Below are positions 39,862 through 52,813 of a stretch of 64,000 nt of DNA, piece by piece. The notes beneath the pieces were generated by a model. That model was not told the origin of the DNA. It saw nothing but the letters and a program-made list of their open reading frames with translations, and searched no databases. Position numbers and translations under genes: made by a program. Each line of letters begins with the position of its first letter. Positions within the stretch are counted from its first letter, which is position 1. The DNA comes from Eledone cirrhosa (Eukaryota): assembly GCA_964016885.1 (NCBI GenBank), contig OZ024741.1:208940001-209004000 (forward strand), written 5' to 3'.

Positions 39862-40750
39862 TGTGCGTGTGTATGTGTGTGTGTGTGCGAACGTGTGTGT
39901 GTTTAATTCAAATAAATTAATATAAAATATGGAAACGTTATCAAAATGAGAGAAAACAATATGACGGAAATGAAGGTGGGAAAATTTGCATTGTTTTATT
40001 TTTTTAAGTGAAGTTGTTGTGGTTGTATTTTTAATTTTGTTTGGGTTTTTTTATGTGTGGTGGTGGGTCTTTCAAGACTGGGTGGTTTGGGGTTATGTGA
40101 TATTTTAAAATCTCACTGACACGTTATAATAGAAAATTGAGACTGTGGAAATGTAATATAACTGGTTGGATGTCTGTGTGCAAGAGAGTTATTTCTATTG
40201 TATTATGAATGTATTTTAATGGAAGATTAAAGCACAGTAGAAGAAAAATGATGGAGGGGAAAACCCCTTCAAAGGATGGGGATGTAACCAGGCTCACGTT
40301 TTTAATCATTGTAGCACGATGAAATAACAACTATAGCAATAACAGCAACAGCAGCAACAAAAGCGGCAGCAACAGCAACAACATCAAAATCCTAAGACAT
40401 AAAATTGTGCAGAGGCATGAGTACTCATACATATTTATGTGTGTGTTTGTGTGTGTTCGTGCGTGTGTATAATTGTGTGTATGTTTGTGTATAATTGTGT
40501 GTTTGTGAATGTACCTGTGTTTGTATATATAAATATTTCATATAGACATGACTTCTACAGGACTAGTACCGTTTCATTCGTTTGGAATAATCAGGAATAT
40601 ATTTATGTTACTAAAGTATTGAGTACATTATCGATAAAATAAAGTACCAGTAATGTACTGGGTAATTGCTGGCCATGTGCCAATAGTAGAAACAATTATT
40701 TAACTCAGGCCTCTTCCTGATTCCATTCAAAAACCATTCTTTATTTTATA

Positions 40751-40827
40751 CAGGGTGTGGCAGAAAAACCTGCCATATTTTACACGTTCAACCCTTAAAA
40801 TGTGGGAGGTATTTTTGCCGTACCCTG
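40751..40827. mobile_element. Tiny Tc1/mariner-type MITE
   Basis: CAGGGTGTGGCAGAAAAACCT...AGGTATTTTTGCCGTACCCTG inverted ends. Confidence 0.65.
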
Positions 40828-40831
40828 TGTG

Positions 40832-40892
<61 letters not shown>

Positions 40893-41117
40893 TTGTCCCC
40901 CGGTATTCACGGGCTTACGTACCAAGAGCATCCGCGAAGAGGTGAAAAACCGCGAAGAGGTGAAAAACCGCGAATATTGGTCGTGTTCCATAAAAATGCC
41001 TGTAAATGTCAAAATATAACGTAAAATATAATTTTAAAAAGGTGGGAGCGTCTTATGCGAAGGGACGTTCTATAGGCCGGCAAATACGGTATATTGTTAT
41101 TAATAATTTAGCGTTAA

Positions 41118-42296
41118 TCTGTATATATATAAAATTAAGTATGTGTGTGTGTGTGTATTACCTATAGGGGCCTACATCTTACGACCGATTTTCATGAAAC
41201 TTTACAAGCTCATAGATTAGTCATCGGGGAGTGTTTTCTATATATCAGCATATCGTTTTTTTTTTATTCTGGGGTCATTCTGCAGATAAAAATCGATAGG
41301 GGGTCACCTTTTTTTAGGTATCGAAAAATAAGATTTTGGGCTCTAGCTCCCACATTTTGCCACCGATTTCGTTCAAATTTATCATTGCACATCCTGTAAT
41401 CTATAATATTATAAAGCTGTGTGTCGCGTGTATTATGTATGTATGTATCCTACACACCTCCCTATAGTTTGTTAGCTTTACTCTCTCCGTCGCTCTTCCC
41501 TCTCTATAATAGATCATTCCCCCTCTCTATAATTTAACTACTTTATTCTCTCTGTCGCTCTTCACTNNNNNNNNNNNNNNNNNNNNNNNNNNNNNNNNNN
41601 NNNNNNNNNNNNNNNNNNNNNNNNNNNNNNNNNNNNNNNNNNNNNNNNNNNNNNNNNNNNNNNNNNNNNNNNNNNNNNNNNNNNNNNNNNNNNNNNNNNN
41701 NNNNNNNNNNNNNNNNNNNNNNNNNNNNNNNNNNNNNNNNNNNNNNNNNNNNNNNNNNNNNNNNNNGGGCAGGTATACCTAGCCGGGCGCCAGCCGAATG
41801 GGCCAACTAGTGGCTTTATATTTTGCATTTGTTGTTCAGGGACGGCGTGGCAGCCGCTTAAATATTCAAAAGTACCACTTTTAGACTCAAATTTCCACTT
41901 TTTCGGCTCTAGCTCCCACATTAATCAACCTACTTTGTTCAAATTTTACACTATGCTAGATCTGATTATTTCACGTCTTAAAGTGGCTTTACATTTTGGA
42001 TTTTTTGTTCAGGAACGGCGTGGCAGCCGCTTAAATATTCGCTCAAATTTCCGCCTTTTCGACTCTAGCTCCCACATTTTTCAACCGATTTCGTTCAAAT
42101 TCGAAACTCCCTTCCCCAGCATGTCCCTTCGTCAGTCACCCGCGTTTCTCAGTGATAAAGGTCATCACCACCCTCCCCCGCATGGCCTGTGTGTGGCCAT
42201 AGATTAGTCATCGAGAAGCAGTCGCTGAGATCAACAACTTTTCATCAAAGCAGATATTATTTTACCTACCCAGGCAACGCTGGGTACTGCTGCTAG
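41118..42296 (+). mobile_element. Non-autonomous Helitron
   Basis: A|TC start, 3' hairpin ACCCAG-GCAACG-CTGGGT (42268-42285), CTAG|T end, internal CTCTAGCTCCCACATT repeats; spans the assembly gap. Confidence 0.78.
41567..41766. other. Assembly gap (200 N)
   Basis: Direct reading. Confidence 1.
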
Positions 42297-42619
42297 TAAT
42301 ATATATATTGCAACGAAAAAAGCCATTTAAAAATTCACGGAAGATATTTATGATTCCGCGAATATGCGGTGGTTTCCACGAAAAATTATTAGTTAGGTGC
42401 TAAGGGAAAATCCGCGAATAAACAGGATCGCGAATACCGGTGTACACTGTATATATATATATATAAAAAATAGGCTTTTAATCAGATGAAGCGGAAATAA
42501 TAAAATAAAGGATTCCCTATATTAGCTATGTTAGAAAGTACGAAATATTTTTATTTAAAAAGTAATATCACCGTTTCAAATTTCACAATTTTCTTCAAGG
42601 ACATTAATGGGGTACTTAT

Positions 42620-42770
42620 ATTCGAGTTAGAATCTGGCCGAGGTCAACTATGTCTTTCATCCTTTTAGGGGTCGAGAAAATAAAGTACCAGTCAAGTACT
42701 GGGTCGAAATAATTAACTTTTCTCTTCCCCCCAAATTGCTACCCTTGTAATATTAGAAAGAATTATTAAC
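42620..42770 (+). mobile_element. Older SINE family 1 copy (5' truncated)
   Basis: GAGGTCAAC..TCTTTCATCCTTTTAGGGGTCGAGAAAATAAAGTACCAG. Confidence 0.75.
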
Positions 42771-42924
42771 TTTCCATTAATTTTGCCAATTCATTGTTTC
42801 CCATACTGAGTGGAAATGTAATCTTTTCTGTTTGTTTATATTTTGTTATTAATACTTTTATTTTTTTTAATCCAGAGGTTCAAATTTCAATAAAGTTGAA
42901 CCAAGATGACGTTTGTCTGTTCCT

Positions 42925-43109
42925 CCTCTTGTTCTTGTTGTTCTTATTGTTGTTGCTGTTGTTGTTGTTCTTCTTCTTCTTCTTCTTCTTCTTCTTCTTC
43001 TTCTTCTTCTTCTTCTTCTTCTTCTTCTTCTACTACTACTACTATTACTACTACTTTTTCTTCTACCATTTCTTCTTTTTATTCTTCATCTTCTACTCTT
43101 TCTTCTTCT

Positions 43110-43141
<32 letters not shown>

Positions 43142-43227
43142 TTCTTCTACTACTACTACTACTACTACTTTTTCTTCTACTTTTTCTTCTTTTTCTTCTT
43201 CATCTTCTACTCTTTCTTCTTCTTTTT

Positions 43228-43276
<49 letters not shown>

Positions 43277-43400
43277 CACTTCTTCTTCTTCTTCCTCTTC
43301 TACTACTACTTTTTCTTCTATTTTTTCTTCTACTTTTTCTTCTACTTTTTTCTTTCTTTTCTTTCCACCACCACCACCACCACCACCATCATCATCGTTA
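42925..43400. repeat. Compound (TTG)/(TTC)/(TAC)/(CAC) triplet microsatellite
   Basis: Direct reading. Confidence 0.95.
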
Positions 43401-43941
43401 TTATCTTTTCCTTCTGTCTTCCCCTTCCCTCCATTTTTCACGAGGTCACTAAGATTTTTTTTATTTTATTAAACCTATATTTTGTTGATGATGTGTACTG
43501 TTAGAATTTTTTTCGTGTTTATTTCAAGAATGTTCTGGGAGAGACGGTAGAGATGGGCTCATAATACATCAATCACATTCGCTTGTCAAATGTAACACCC
43601 CAGTATTTCTATGCAACTTGTTTCTATTCTTTTCTCGGCGACATTTTTTATTTCTGTTTACTTCCCGCCCAATGACGAGTGTCATCATTGACATGGATTG
43701 ATATACACTTGAAACATTAGTAAGGGCTTAATGATAAAGTTATTTACTATACAAAATACTCACACATTCTGTATATTATGAATGTATATATATATATATA
43801 TATATATATGCAGAAGTTATATTTAATTTGTTGGGATTCAACACGCTTAAAAGTTTTATAACTGATATAAAGCACTCAACAGTTTACTGGAGTAAATATT
43901 CAATATATTAATATTGGAAAAAATATTTATAAAACCATAAT

Positions 43942-44006
43942 TATTTTATTATATATATTTCAAGAGCAACCAAGGCAGTTTTGGTCCGCTTTCATCAGAT
44001 AAAATA
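43942..44006 (-). ncRNA. Type I HHR (left arm)
   Basis: Reverse complement TATTTTAT CTGATGA AAGCGGACCAA..TTGGTTGCTCTT GAAA TATATA TA ATAAAATA. Confidence 0.75.
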
Positions 44007-44318
44007 CAAAATTTATTTTATAAATGTTGACATACCCGTAGAAAAACAACCTTGACGGTTGAAGGTTCACTGGATAGTGGAAAAAATGTTTATTGAGGGT
44101 AATTCAAAGTTCTGTGTGAGTATGCAAATGAATGTCCTAAAAAATTGAAAAGCAACCGTTTATTTAAATTATACTGTTCGATTTTTCGGACATTCATTTG
44201 CATACTCACACAGAACTATGAATTACCCTCAATAAAAAATGTTTCCACTATCCAGGGAACCTTCATCCGTCAAGGTTGTTTTTCTACGGGTATGTCAACA
44301 TTTATAAAACAAATTTTG

Positions 44319-44383
44319 TATTTTATCTGATGAAAGCGCACCAAAACTGCCTTGGTTGCCCTTGAAATATATATAATAAAATA
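44319..44383 (+). ncRNA. Type I HHR (right arm)
   Basis: TATTTTAT CTGATGA AAG-C-GCA-CCAA..TTGG-T-TGC-C-CTT GAAA TATATA TA ATAAAATA. Confidence 0.82.
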
Positions 44384-44442
44384 ATTATGGTTTTATAAAT
44401 ATAGTTTCCATTTATTAATATATATATATATAAAAGGCATAT

Positions 44443-44625
44443 GGATTGGCAGTATCGGTAGAGGGTCGGACGCCATGCTTTCCAGCATAGTTACGTCCCT
44501 TTACGGTCTGAGTTCAAATCCCGCCGAGGTTGACTTTGCCTTTCATCCTTACGGGGTCGATAAAATAAAGTACCAGTAATGCACTGGATAATTGCTGGCC
44601 TTGTGCCAAAAGAAGAAACAATTAA
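44443..44625 (+). mobile_element. SINE family 1
   Basis: A/B boxes and conserved core. Confidence 0.9.
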
Positions 44626-44900
44626 TATATATATATATAAGAGAGTATTGAAGTTTGCTTGAAGCATTGTGGAATAATAAGGTATATTTCTTTAAGTCGT
44701 TTGGAAGCCTCGACAATGCAGATGGGTAAATCTCCGGGTAATAAGAACCGGTGGGGGAGAGAGAGATGTAAGTGGGTGTACGTTGAGGATTTAATTGTCC
44801 CTATATATTTCGGATTCACATCCATCAACTGGGGTTTTTTGCGGGGGGGGGGGTCTGTCGGAAAGGTGCGAAACGTGTCCTCCGCTGTTCGTTGTTTTGA

Positions 44901-44956
<56 letters not shown>

Positions 44957-45035
44957 TACACATATACATATACATATATATATATAATATATATATATCC
45001 CTCTATCCCCCCTCTCTCTCTGTTCGTTGTTTTGA

Positions 45036-45149
<114 letters not shown>

Positions 45150-45192
45150 GACGTAAATAAGAAAGTTATGAAAATTGACTTACTAAAGTTTC

Positions 45193-45273
45193 ACTCCAAC
45201 TAATTAGTTTCTGTAAGGGGATAAATATGGTTACGGAGTGTATCCATAGAGAAGCCTTACGTCATCAGGGAGT
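45193..45273 (-). ncRNA. Type I HHR, intact core (second - copy 45718-45798 has TTGATGA)
   Basis: Reverse complement of 45935-46015. Confidence 0.8.
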
Positions 45274-45934
45274 CTATTCTCAGCTAAGCTTCCAGGCAAT
45301 GCGGGGACACTGGGAACTTATATAAAAATAATTCAGTGGATGGAAAAAAGCGAGCGGGGCTAGATTCCAAGACATTGAAAAATTCACTGCCTACTTGGTC
45401 AAGTGGCAAATTCAAAAGAATCAATCACCTGACACTGAGGTTAATCAGCCAGGAGTGGGAGTGCTATTAAGACAGAGCCTAGCCACTACTATTAATCACA
45501 GTAGTAATTTCGGCAAATTTTGCTCAACAAATAATTTGGAGATAATTATAAAGAATTAGTATATCTACCGACATATGTATACAGATGCATACCTATGCTA
45601 GCAAATATATATGTTTTGTCTTAGTAACTTTGTGGTTCTATGCAAGGGGATGCAGAACAATTATATGAAAGACGTAAATAAGAAAGTTATGAAAATTGAC
45701 TTACTTACTAAAATTTCACTCCAACTAATTAGTTTCTGTAAGGGGATAAATATGGTTACGGAGTGTATCCATAGAGAAGCCTTACGTCATCAAGGAGTCT
45801 ATTCTCAGCTTAGCTTCCAGGCAATGCGGGGACACTGGGAACTTATATAACTTATCGCTTTTTTCCATCCACTGAATTATTTTTATATAAGTTCCCAGTG
45901 TCCCCGCATTGCCTGGAAGCTTAGCTAAGAATAG

Positions 45935-46015
45935 ACTCCCTGATGACGTAAGGCTTCTCTATGGATACACTCCGTAACCATATTTATCCCCTTACAGAAA
46001 CTAATTAGTTGGAGT
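45935..46015 (+). ncRNA. Type I HHR, intact core (second + copy 46456-46536 is mutated)
   Basis: ACTCC CTGATGA C GTAAGG..TATGG..CCATA..CCTTAC A GAAA CTAATTAG TT GGAGT; helix III is the palindrome ACTAATTAGT. Confidence 0.82.
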
Positions 46016-46700
46016 GAAATTTTAGTAAGTCAATTTTCATAACTTTCTTATTTACGTCTTTCATATAATTGTTCTGCATCCCCTTGCATAGAACCACAAA
46101 GTTACTAAGACAAAACATATATATTTGCTAGCATAGGTATGCATCTGTATACATATGTCGGTAGATATACTAATTCTTTATAATTATCTCCAAATTATTT
46201 GTTGAGCAAAATTTGCCGAAATTACTACTGTGATTAATAGTAGTGGCTAGGCTCTGTCTTAATAGCACCCCCACTCCTGGCTGATTAACCTCAGTGTCAG
46301 GTGATTGATTCTTTTGAATTTGCCACTTGACCAAGTAGGCAGTGAATTTTTCAATGTCTTGGAATCTAGCCCCGCTCGCTTTTTTCCATCCACTGAATTA
46401 TTTTTATATAAGTTCCCAGTGTCCCCGCATTGCCTGGAAGCTTAGCTGAGAATAGACTCCCAGATGACGTAAGGCTTCTCTATGGATACACTCCGTAACC
46501 ATATTTATCCCCTTACAGGAACTAATTAGTTGGAGTGAAACTTTAGTAAGTAAGTCAATTTTCATAACTTTCTTATTTACGGCTTTCATATAATTGTTCT
46601 GCATCCCCTTGCATAGAACCACAAAATTACTAAGACAAAACATATATATTTGCTAGCATAGGTATGCATCTGTATACATATGTCGGTAGGTATACTAATT

Positions 46701-46764
<64 letters not shown>

Positions 46765-46769
<5 letters not shown>

Positions 46770-47414
46770 ATAATGTATAAAAATCAATACAATATAATTA
46801 CCTCATTACCAGAGGTTTCCCGAATGAGGCGAATACGAAAGAAACGTCTTCGTTCGTTCGTCGAACGAAGCAATATAAAACATGGGTAAATACTTGGAAA
46901 GTCTCATCAAGTAAAGCAGAAAAAAATATAGACAAATGACAAATGAATTAGAATATGAAATATATAAAAATCTTTCAAGAAATATAGTTAGGTGTGTGTA
47001 TATGTATGTATATACGCTCACAGATGTGCATATATGTGTATGCATATATCTATACGTATAGTGAAAAAGTGTGCGTAAATATATAATTTAGGGCAAATGT
47101 ATCTGTGTATCTGTAATCTACAGACAGAATAGATACATCATAAGAATATGAAGGCACGCGCATAAACACACCTACACACGCGTACACTTAGATGCGGAAG
47201 TAAAAGAGGTAAGGGAGTGTAATAATTAAAGGAAAGTATCAATCTCGATATATTTATAAAAATGGAACAATAATTTAGAAAGAAAAAATTAAAGAAAAGA
47301 AGACAAACAAGGTACACGCATACACACACACGTATATCTCACAAAAGAAACGTAAAAATATACATGCTTATATACACACGCACACTTACACATCCATACG
47401 TTCGATACGTACGC

Positions 47415-47458
<44 letters not shown>

Positions 47459-47589
47459 TTACACTCACGCATATTGACCTGTTTGCATGCACGCGCATAA
47501 AATTGAGGATGTAAAAAAAGGGGAGAAGAAAAAAGAAACAAAACATAAAACCTAGATTTAAAAACACGGATATAAAGACATATACACAT

Positions 47590-47647
<58 letters not shown>

Positions 47648-48617
47648 GCACGCGCGCGCACATACGTAGGCGCTCATGTACATATATAGAAAGTATACAC
47701 ACATTAAGGCGTTCAGACACATAGATACAGGGTGTAAAAAACTTGTGGATAAGTAAGTACAAATATAAAATTGTAAGATTGGCTGCGCAAAAATAAAAAA
47801 TTAAAATAAAAATAAAAAATATCTGGAGTGGAAAACGCAAGTGACTGTGTTAGTTAGTGAAGGAAATAGGGAAGTAAAAAATGGAAAGTGAAAGGGGGGG
47901 TTATTGGTGGATGTTAAGTAAAAATAAAAAAATATATAAAAATAAAAATAAAAATAAAAATAAAAATAAAAATAAAAATAAAAATAAAAATAAAAATAAA
48001 AATAAAAATAAATGAAATTAATAATAGGGATAAAAATGAAAGTAAATCAGAAAGGGTAATTATAAAGAGAATAATAAGAGTTTATGGAGGATAAGTATCT
48101 GAAAGTGTGTTAAGTTTATATGAGCTGGAAAGCAGGTGTGATTTCATGTGTGGGCAACTGGTGAAAATTTCCGTCTTTGTGTTCAGGCAGGTCTTTGGTG
48201 ATTTAATATTTTGCAAGATCCAATATTTTTCATTTATGCAGAACGTGCATTTTCTTGTTCCTCTTGCATATTCTTTAGATTGGTTCAAAATTGACCAATC
48301 CAATTTATATTGGATGCCTTGGTCTTTCAAATCCCAAATTCTGCTAGCCAGAGCTGTTGTAAATCTTTTTTCTGGATATCGAAAGGATGCGACATGTGAG
48401 TAATAACGCGTTTTGAATTTGTCTTGCGTCATACCCACATATCGTTCACTGGTGGCTGGATGGTTGTTGCTGATGGTTGTCACTTTAGCCGCATATACAA
48501 TGGCTTTGGTGTTGCATTTACCTTGTAATGGGCATTCACTTTTGATTCTACAGGAGCAAGTTTGATTTTCTCTAGGTGATTTTTTGTTGATGATATAGGA
48601 CTTAATACTTCAATACC
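46765..48617 (-). mobile_element. 5'-truncated Penelope-like element with long 3' UTR
   Basis: ORF region 48082-48580 reads CSCR..CPL.GKC..IVY..YVG..FKTRY..CTFC..CPH; decayed HHR at 46801-46870; (TA)n flanks; continuity of the UTR is inferred. Confidence 0.75.
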
Positions 48618-48651
<34 letters not shown>

Positions 48652-48707
48652 ATATACCTTTCAAGGATTTACACCAGTCCAGCCTCCTGTTATTTTATTT
48701 TATTTAT

Positions 48708-48863
48708 ATGGACACACTAGAAGAGGAAGACCAAGGTTAACGTATGTTGATGCCCTAAGGACAGACACTGGTCTGTTGGAGACGCAGGACATGGCAGCGA
48801 TAATGAGGGACAGAGACCGCTGGAGAGAACTCGTCCATGGATCTCGGGAATTTTACCCGCCTT
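48708..48863 (+). mobile_element. RTE-like LINE extreme 3' fragment
   Basis: GHTRRGRPRLTYVDALRTDTG..IMRDRDRWRELV. Confidence 0.65.
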
Positions 48864-48889
48864 AGATATATATATATATATATATATAC

Positions 48890-48922
<33 letters not shown>

Positions 48923-48998
48923 CTGAGAGAGATAATAGTAGAACACTGGAGAGTTATATCCGTAGTAGTAGAATACTCAGTTCATGGGACGTGTTTGG

Positions 48999-49257
<259 letters not shown>

Positions 49258-49965
49258 GTGAATCAATCACTATATAAATTTATACACAATTCTATACTTG
49301 TTGGCGTAGTTTACGATAAAATAATTCTCAATTACAATCCACTTGTTAAAATATAGTTAAGTTATGGAAAATATTGTGAATGTTTTGAAAAATAATAAAC
49401 GCTAAAATAAGATACTAGCAAGACTATACTTTGCTGAGAAGCTTTTTATAAGACGAAACACATCCACATTTGTTACTGCACTTATTACAATTCAAACACT
49501 CCTTAGTGCATACCCCCATGCACATTTTAATAAATGTCGATGATTGAGTCTTACTTTATTAACATGAATTGTCATTAGTGCTAATTACTATTCCGGTATA
49601 ATATAATACCGGTTTAGTATTTTAATTAATTAAATAGTTTTTCTCTGCAATATTAAATACGTTAGTCCCCAGTTTACTATAAGGTCAAATAAGCTGTGCG
49701 TCCTCAAAGCCCTAAAAATATTAGTCAGTGAATAATACTACATTTTGATGTGTGAGCAAGGGGGATAACTGATGATGTTTATGACGAATTTGATGATGTT
49801 CCAGTGAAGTATAACTTCATCTTATCTGCTGAAGTCTTAAAATTTGAATCACGTAACCTCCCACATGAATGGAAAAATCGACTGTAGCAGTATTTAAATT
49901 CCCAACGTAGAGGAATGAAACTTAATTCTGGGCCACGTTTCTTCCGGAACTCTGACATCCTTTCT

Positions 49966-50015
49966 CATATGGTGATATAATGACGGGGTTAACCCCGTCA
50001 TTATATCACCATATG
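49966..50015. repeat. Perfect 50-bp palindrome
   Basis: CATATGGTGATATAATGACGGGGTT|AACCCCGTCATTATATCACCATATG. Confidence 0.95.
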
Positions 50016-50050
50016 TCTTTTAGCGATTTTCTCGTTATCGTTCTCTCTTT

Positions 50051-50088
<38 letters not shown>

Positions 50089-50188
50089 ATATATCGTGAA
50101 CCTAATACCTAACACCTTTCGTAACTGTACTCCTAGTTGTTGTTATTTACTTTTCTAATATATATACATATATATATGTGTGTGTGTG

Positions 50189-51100
50189 TGTAAAAGGTAA
50201 ACAGAAATAACAACACAATCTGTACAGTATATGGAAGGAATATATCAGGTTAACGCTTGAAATAGCAGGAAGAGGGTCTTAACGTTTCGGACACTAGTCC
50301 TTCATCAGAAGAAAGAATGATAAATAAGATAGATTGAAGGGACAGGTGGAATTGGAAAAAATTATTTAAATAAAAAATTTCTTTAGATAAAAAAAAATTT
50401 CTTTTGATAAAAATAACAGGTCTATTCATGTTGACATCTCTTGGAAAACTGTTGGTACTGGCGTTTTGTGTATGATATATTTTTTTAGAAAAGTGGATGA
50501 TGGGGCGCGTCTACCTGAAATGGAAAATAACCGTTTTGTATAAAGAGCTATACTTGTGCGCGTGCGTATGCGCGCGCGTGTGTGTGTGTGTTATTATACG
50601 TCAGTACGAAGCTAAAAAGATATGTGTGTATATGTAATTAAAACAGTGTGTGCGTGCTTGTAAGTACGAAGCTATGAGCAAAAGTATGTTAATATAAGGA
50701 TGTATGTGTGTGTGTATACAGAGCTGTGAAGGGAAAAGTGGAGTGTGCATATTTTGTCAGTCTGTATTAGTTGTAAGAGTATATGTTTATGACCATAAGA
50801 GAGCCATAGGAATCTAGGGGTGAATGTACAAGCGTGTGTGTGATAATGGACAGGGTATTAAAGAAATTGGGGAGGGGAGTTGAGTCCATGAGGGAAATAG
50901 GATACAAGGCGGTAAATCAGACTCTGTTCAGTCCTGGTGCGCGAGGCCTGTGATCCGTGATGTAAAAGGACACCCAGGACTGACAGATGTAGGGAAGAAT
51001 GACCTGGGGAACTGAAATGACGGGCGACGGTAGAATCCAAAGCGAGTCGTATGTCCCTCAAATTCTCAGCAAAACGGTCCGCCATACAGCATCCCGTTTG
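50189..51100 (-). mobile_element. 5'-truncated Penelope-like element (family B) with GIY-YIG C-terminus
   Basis: DRFAENLRDIR..VARHFSSPGH..EQSLIYRL...PHGLN; HHR in the 3' UTR; (TA)/(TG) flanks. Confidence 0.85.
50277..50312 (-). ncRNA. Minimal PLE-type HHR
   Basis: Reverse complement TCTT CTGATGA A GGAC-TAGT-GTCC GAAA CG TT AAGA. Confidence 0.8.
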
Positions 51101-51126
51101 ATATATATATATATATATATATAAAA

Positions 51127-51359
51127 TAGTTAAGACGGACTTACTTCACCAAAATTGCTTTATTGTATGATATATATTTCTGTTACATGGTTATGCATGT
51201 GACTTCATCTGATGCTCATACAATCATATGTGCAGTTATGCAATCAGGGGAATATGTCGCTGGTCATATATTACCATCCAGGATGGTAATACATAACCAT
51301 ATAACAGAAACATATATCATGCAATAAAGCAATTATAGTAAAAAACGCCGTCTTAACTA
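51127..51359. repeat. Inverted repeat (about 70-bp arms) next to (TA)n
   Basis: TAGTTAAGACGG..AATTGCTTTATTG..TTTCTGTTA.ATGGTTATG and its reverse complement. Confidence 0.75.
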
Positions 51360-51523
51360 CTTTTAATTAATAAATGACTACTCCGTCACTCCTAATTACC
51401 AACTTTTAGTTAGGATTAACTACTGACATGAAGTGCTTTTGGATCGCTTGAACCGGCTTATCCTCACGAAGTTAGAGCGTAACATCCATGTATAAGCACC
51501 TTATCTTCTGCAATATATATACA

Positions 51524-51616
51524 CAAGGTGTTCCCAATAAATGAATACACATTTTGATTGAGGCAATATTTATTGGAATGCTGTTGAAGTGTGTATACAT
51601 TTTTGGGGACACCCTG
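51524..51616. mobile_element. Tiny Tc1/mariner-type MITE (sister of 23222-23296)
   Basis: CAAGGTGTTCCCAA...TTGGGGACACCCTG|TA. Confidence 0.7.
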
Positions 51617-52013
51617 TATATGTATATAGGCGTGTGTATGTGTGTGTGTGTATGTGCGTGCGTGTGCGCATGGGTGTGTGTATGTGCATGGGTGTGTGTG
51701 TGCGTGTGCGCATGTGTGTGTGTGTGTGCATGTGTGTGTGCGCGCGTGTGTGTGTATATATATAAATAATCTATCCAATCGCAATAAAACATTCGAACAT
51801 TTTATAGTGAGTTTGAAACTATGCCCACCATCAGCCTATGTTGTTGTGACTTTTGTTGCTGCTTCTGTTGTTATTGTTGTTAATTTTAGTTGCACTACAA
51901 AGCCTCCACATTCTGTACATTCCCTAAGTTCATCATAAATCTCTTTCTACTCTCCCCACCATCTTTCACGCATACACACTCTCTCTCCCCTCTCCCCCTC
52001 TCTCTCTCTCTCT

Positions 52014-52056
<43 letters not shown>

Positions 52057-52600
52057 CATACTTCACTGTGACACTCAACAGCAAATTATGATTGACATTG
52101 GATACAATAAAATGGAGTTTTTTAACAGAAATTAATCGTCTCAACCGGAAATAGTTTTAAACATTTGTTTTACAAGTCACTGATGACATTGTGAGAAAGA
52201 AGAAAAAGATGAAGAGAAATAGTTGCAAATACTCTTAACATCTTTAGTCTCCTTACATGTTTAGAAAACGGGGGTTTCTCCCTCCCTTCATCTTCATCTC
52301 TCTCTCTCTCGCTCTCTGGAGAATTGGATTCTGCTGTTGGTGTTGTTGCTATTATGTTTGTTGTTGTTGTTGCTACTGCAGCTGTTGTTGCTGTTATTGT
52401 TGTAGTTCTTATTGCAGTTGTTAAAGTTACTGTGTCTATTTGTCTGTCTAAATGTGTGTTTGGTTACATTTGCTCTACAAACTAGCAAAGTTAAATGCAC
52501 GAAACAAAAAACCCGGGAATAGTCTGTATACCACCACCACCACCACCCCCCTACGTGATTTAAAAGATACTGGGTTGTTGTTAGATCTAACCTATCGGGA

Positions 52601-52813
52601 GGGCGGTGTATTGGCAGAATCGGTTGATCGTCGGACACAATTATTTGCGGTATTTAGTTACGACTTTCTACCTTCTGAGTTCAAATCTCGTTGAGGTCAA
52701 CTGTGCCTTTCCTCTTTCCGTGATCGATAAAATAAAGCACCAGTTAAGTACTGGGCTCAAGATAATTGACGTTTCTCTCCTAAAATTGCTGGCCTTGTGC
52801 CGAAATTAGAAAC
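52601..52813 (+). mobile_element. Older SINE family 1-related copy
   Basis: GGCGGTGTATTGGCAGAATCGG..CTGAGTTCAAAT..GGCCTTGTGCC. Confidence 0.8.

Larger units (their letters stand above)
40890..42449. mobile_element. Tigger/pogo-like non-autonomous element (host of the Helitron)
   Basis: TA|CAGTTGTCCCCCGGTATTCACG ... CGCGAATACCGGTGTACACTG|TA; subterminal CCGCGAA repeats. Confidence 0.7.
43810..44422. mobile_element. ORF-less PLE pLTR fold-back (about 250-bp arms) in (TA)n, related to 30838-32625
   Basis: 43904-44152 is inverted at 44174-44422; shares GATATAAAGCACTC and TATTTATAAAACCATA with the 30.8-kb pLTR. Confidence 0.85.

Noticed and set aside
45611-46643. Duplicated 79-aa ORFs (likewise METIFIKP.. 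at 30935 and 32415)
   Set aside because: They lie antisense to the HHR and repeat only because the DNA is inverted-duplicated; no recognisable protein features
49769-49800. CTGATGA possible hammerhead core
   Set aside because: Followed by GAAT rather than GAAA, with no closing helix I
49755-49887. Short protein-like frame GITDDVYDEFDDVPVKYNF..
   Set aside because: No convincing splice acceptor or start and no recognisable family
52180-52215. CTGATGA..GAAA possible hammerhead
   Set aside because: No UH site with a helix I partner
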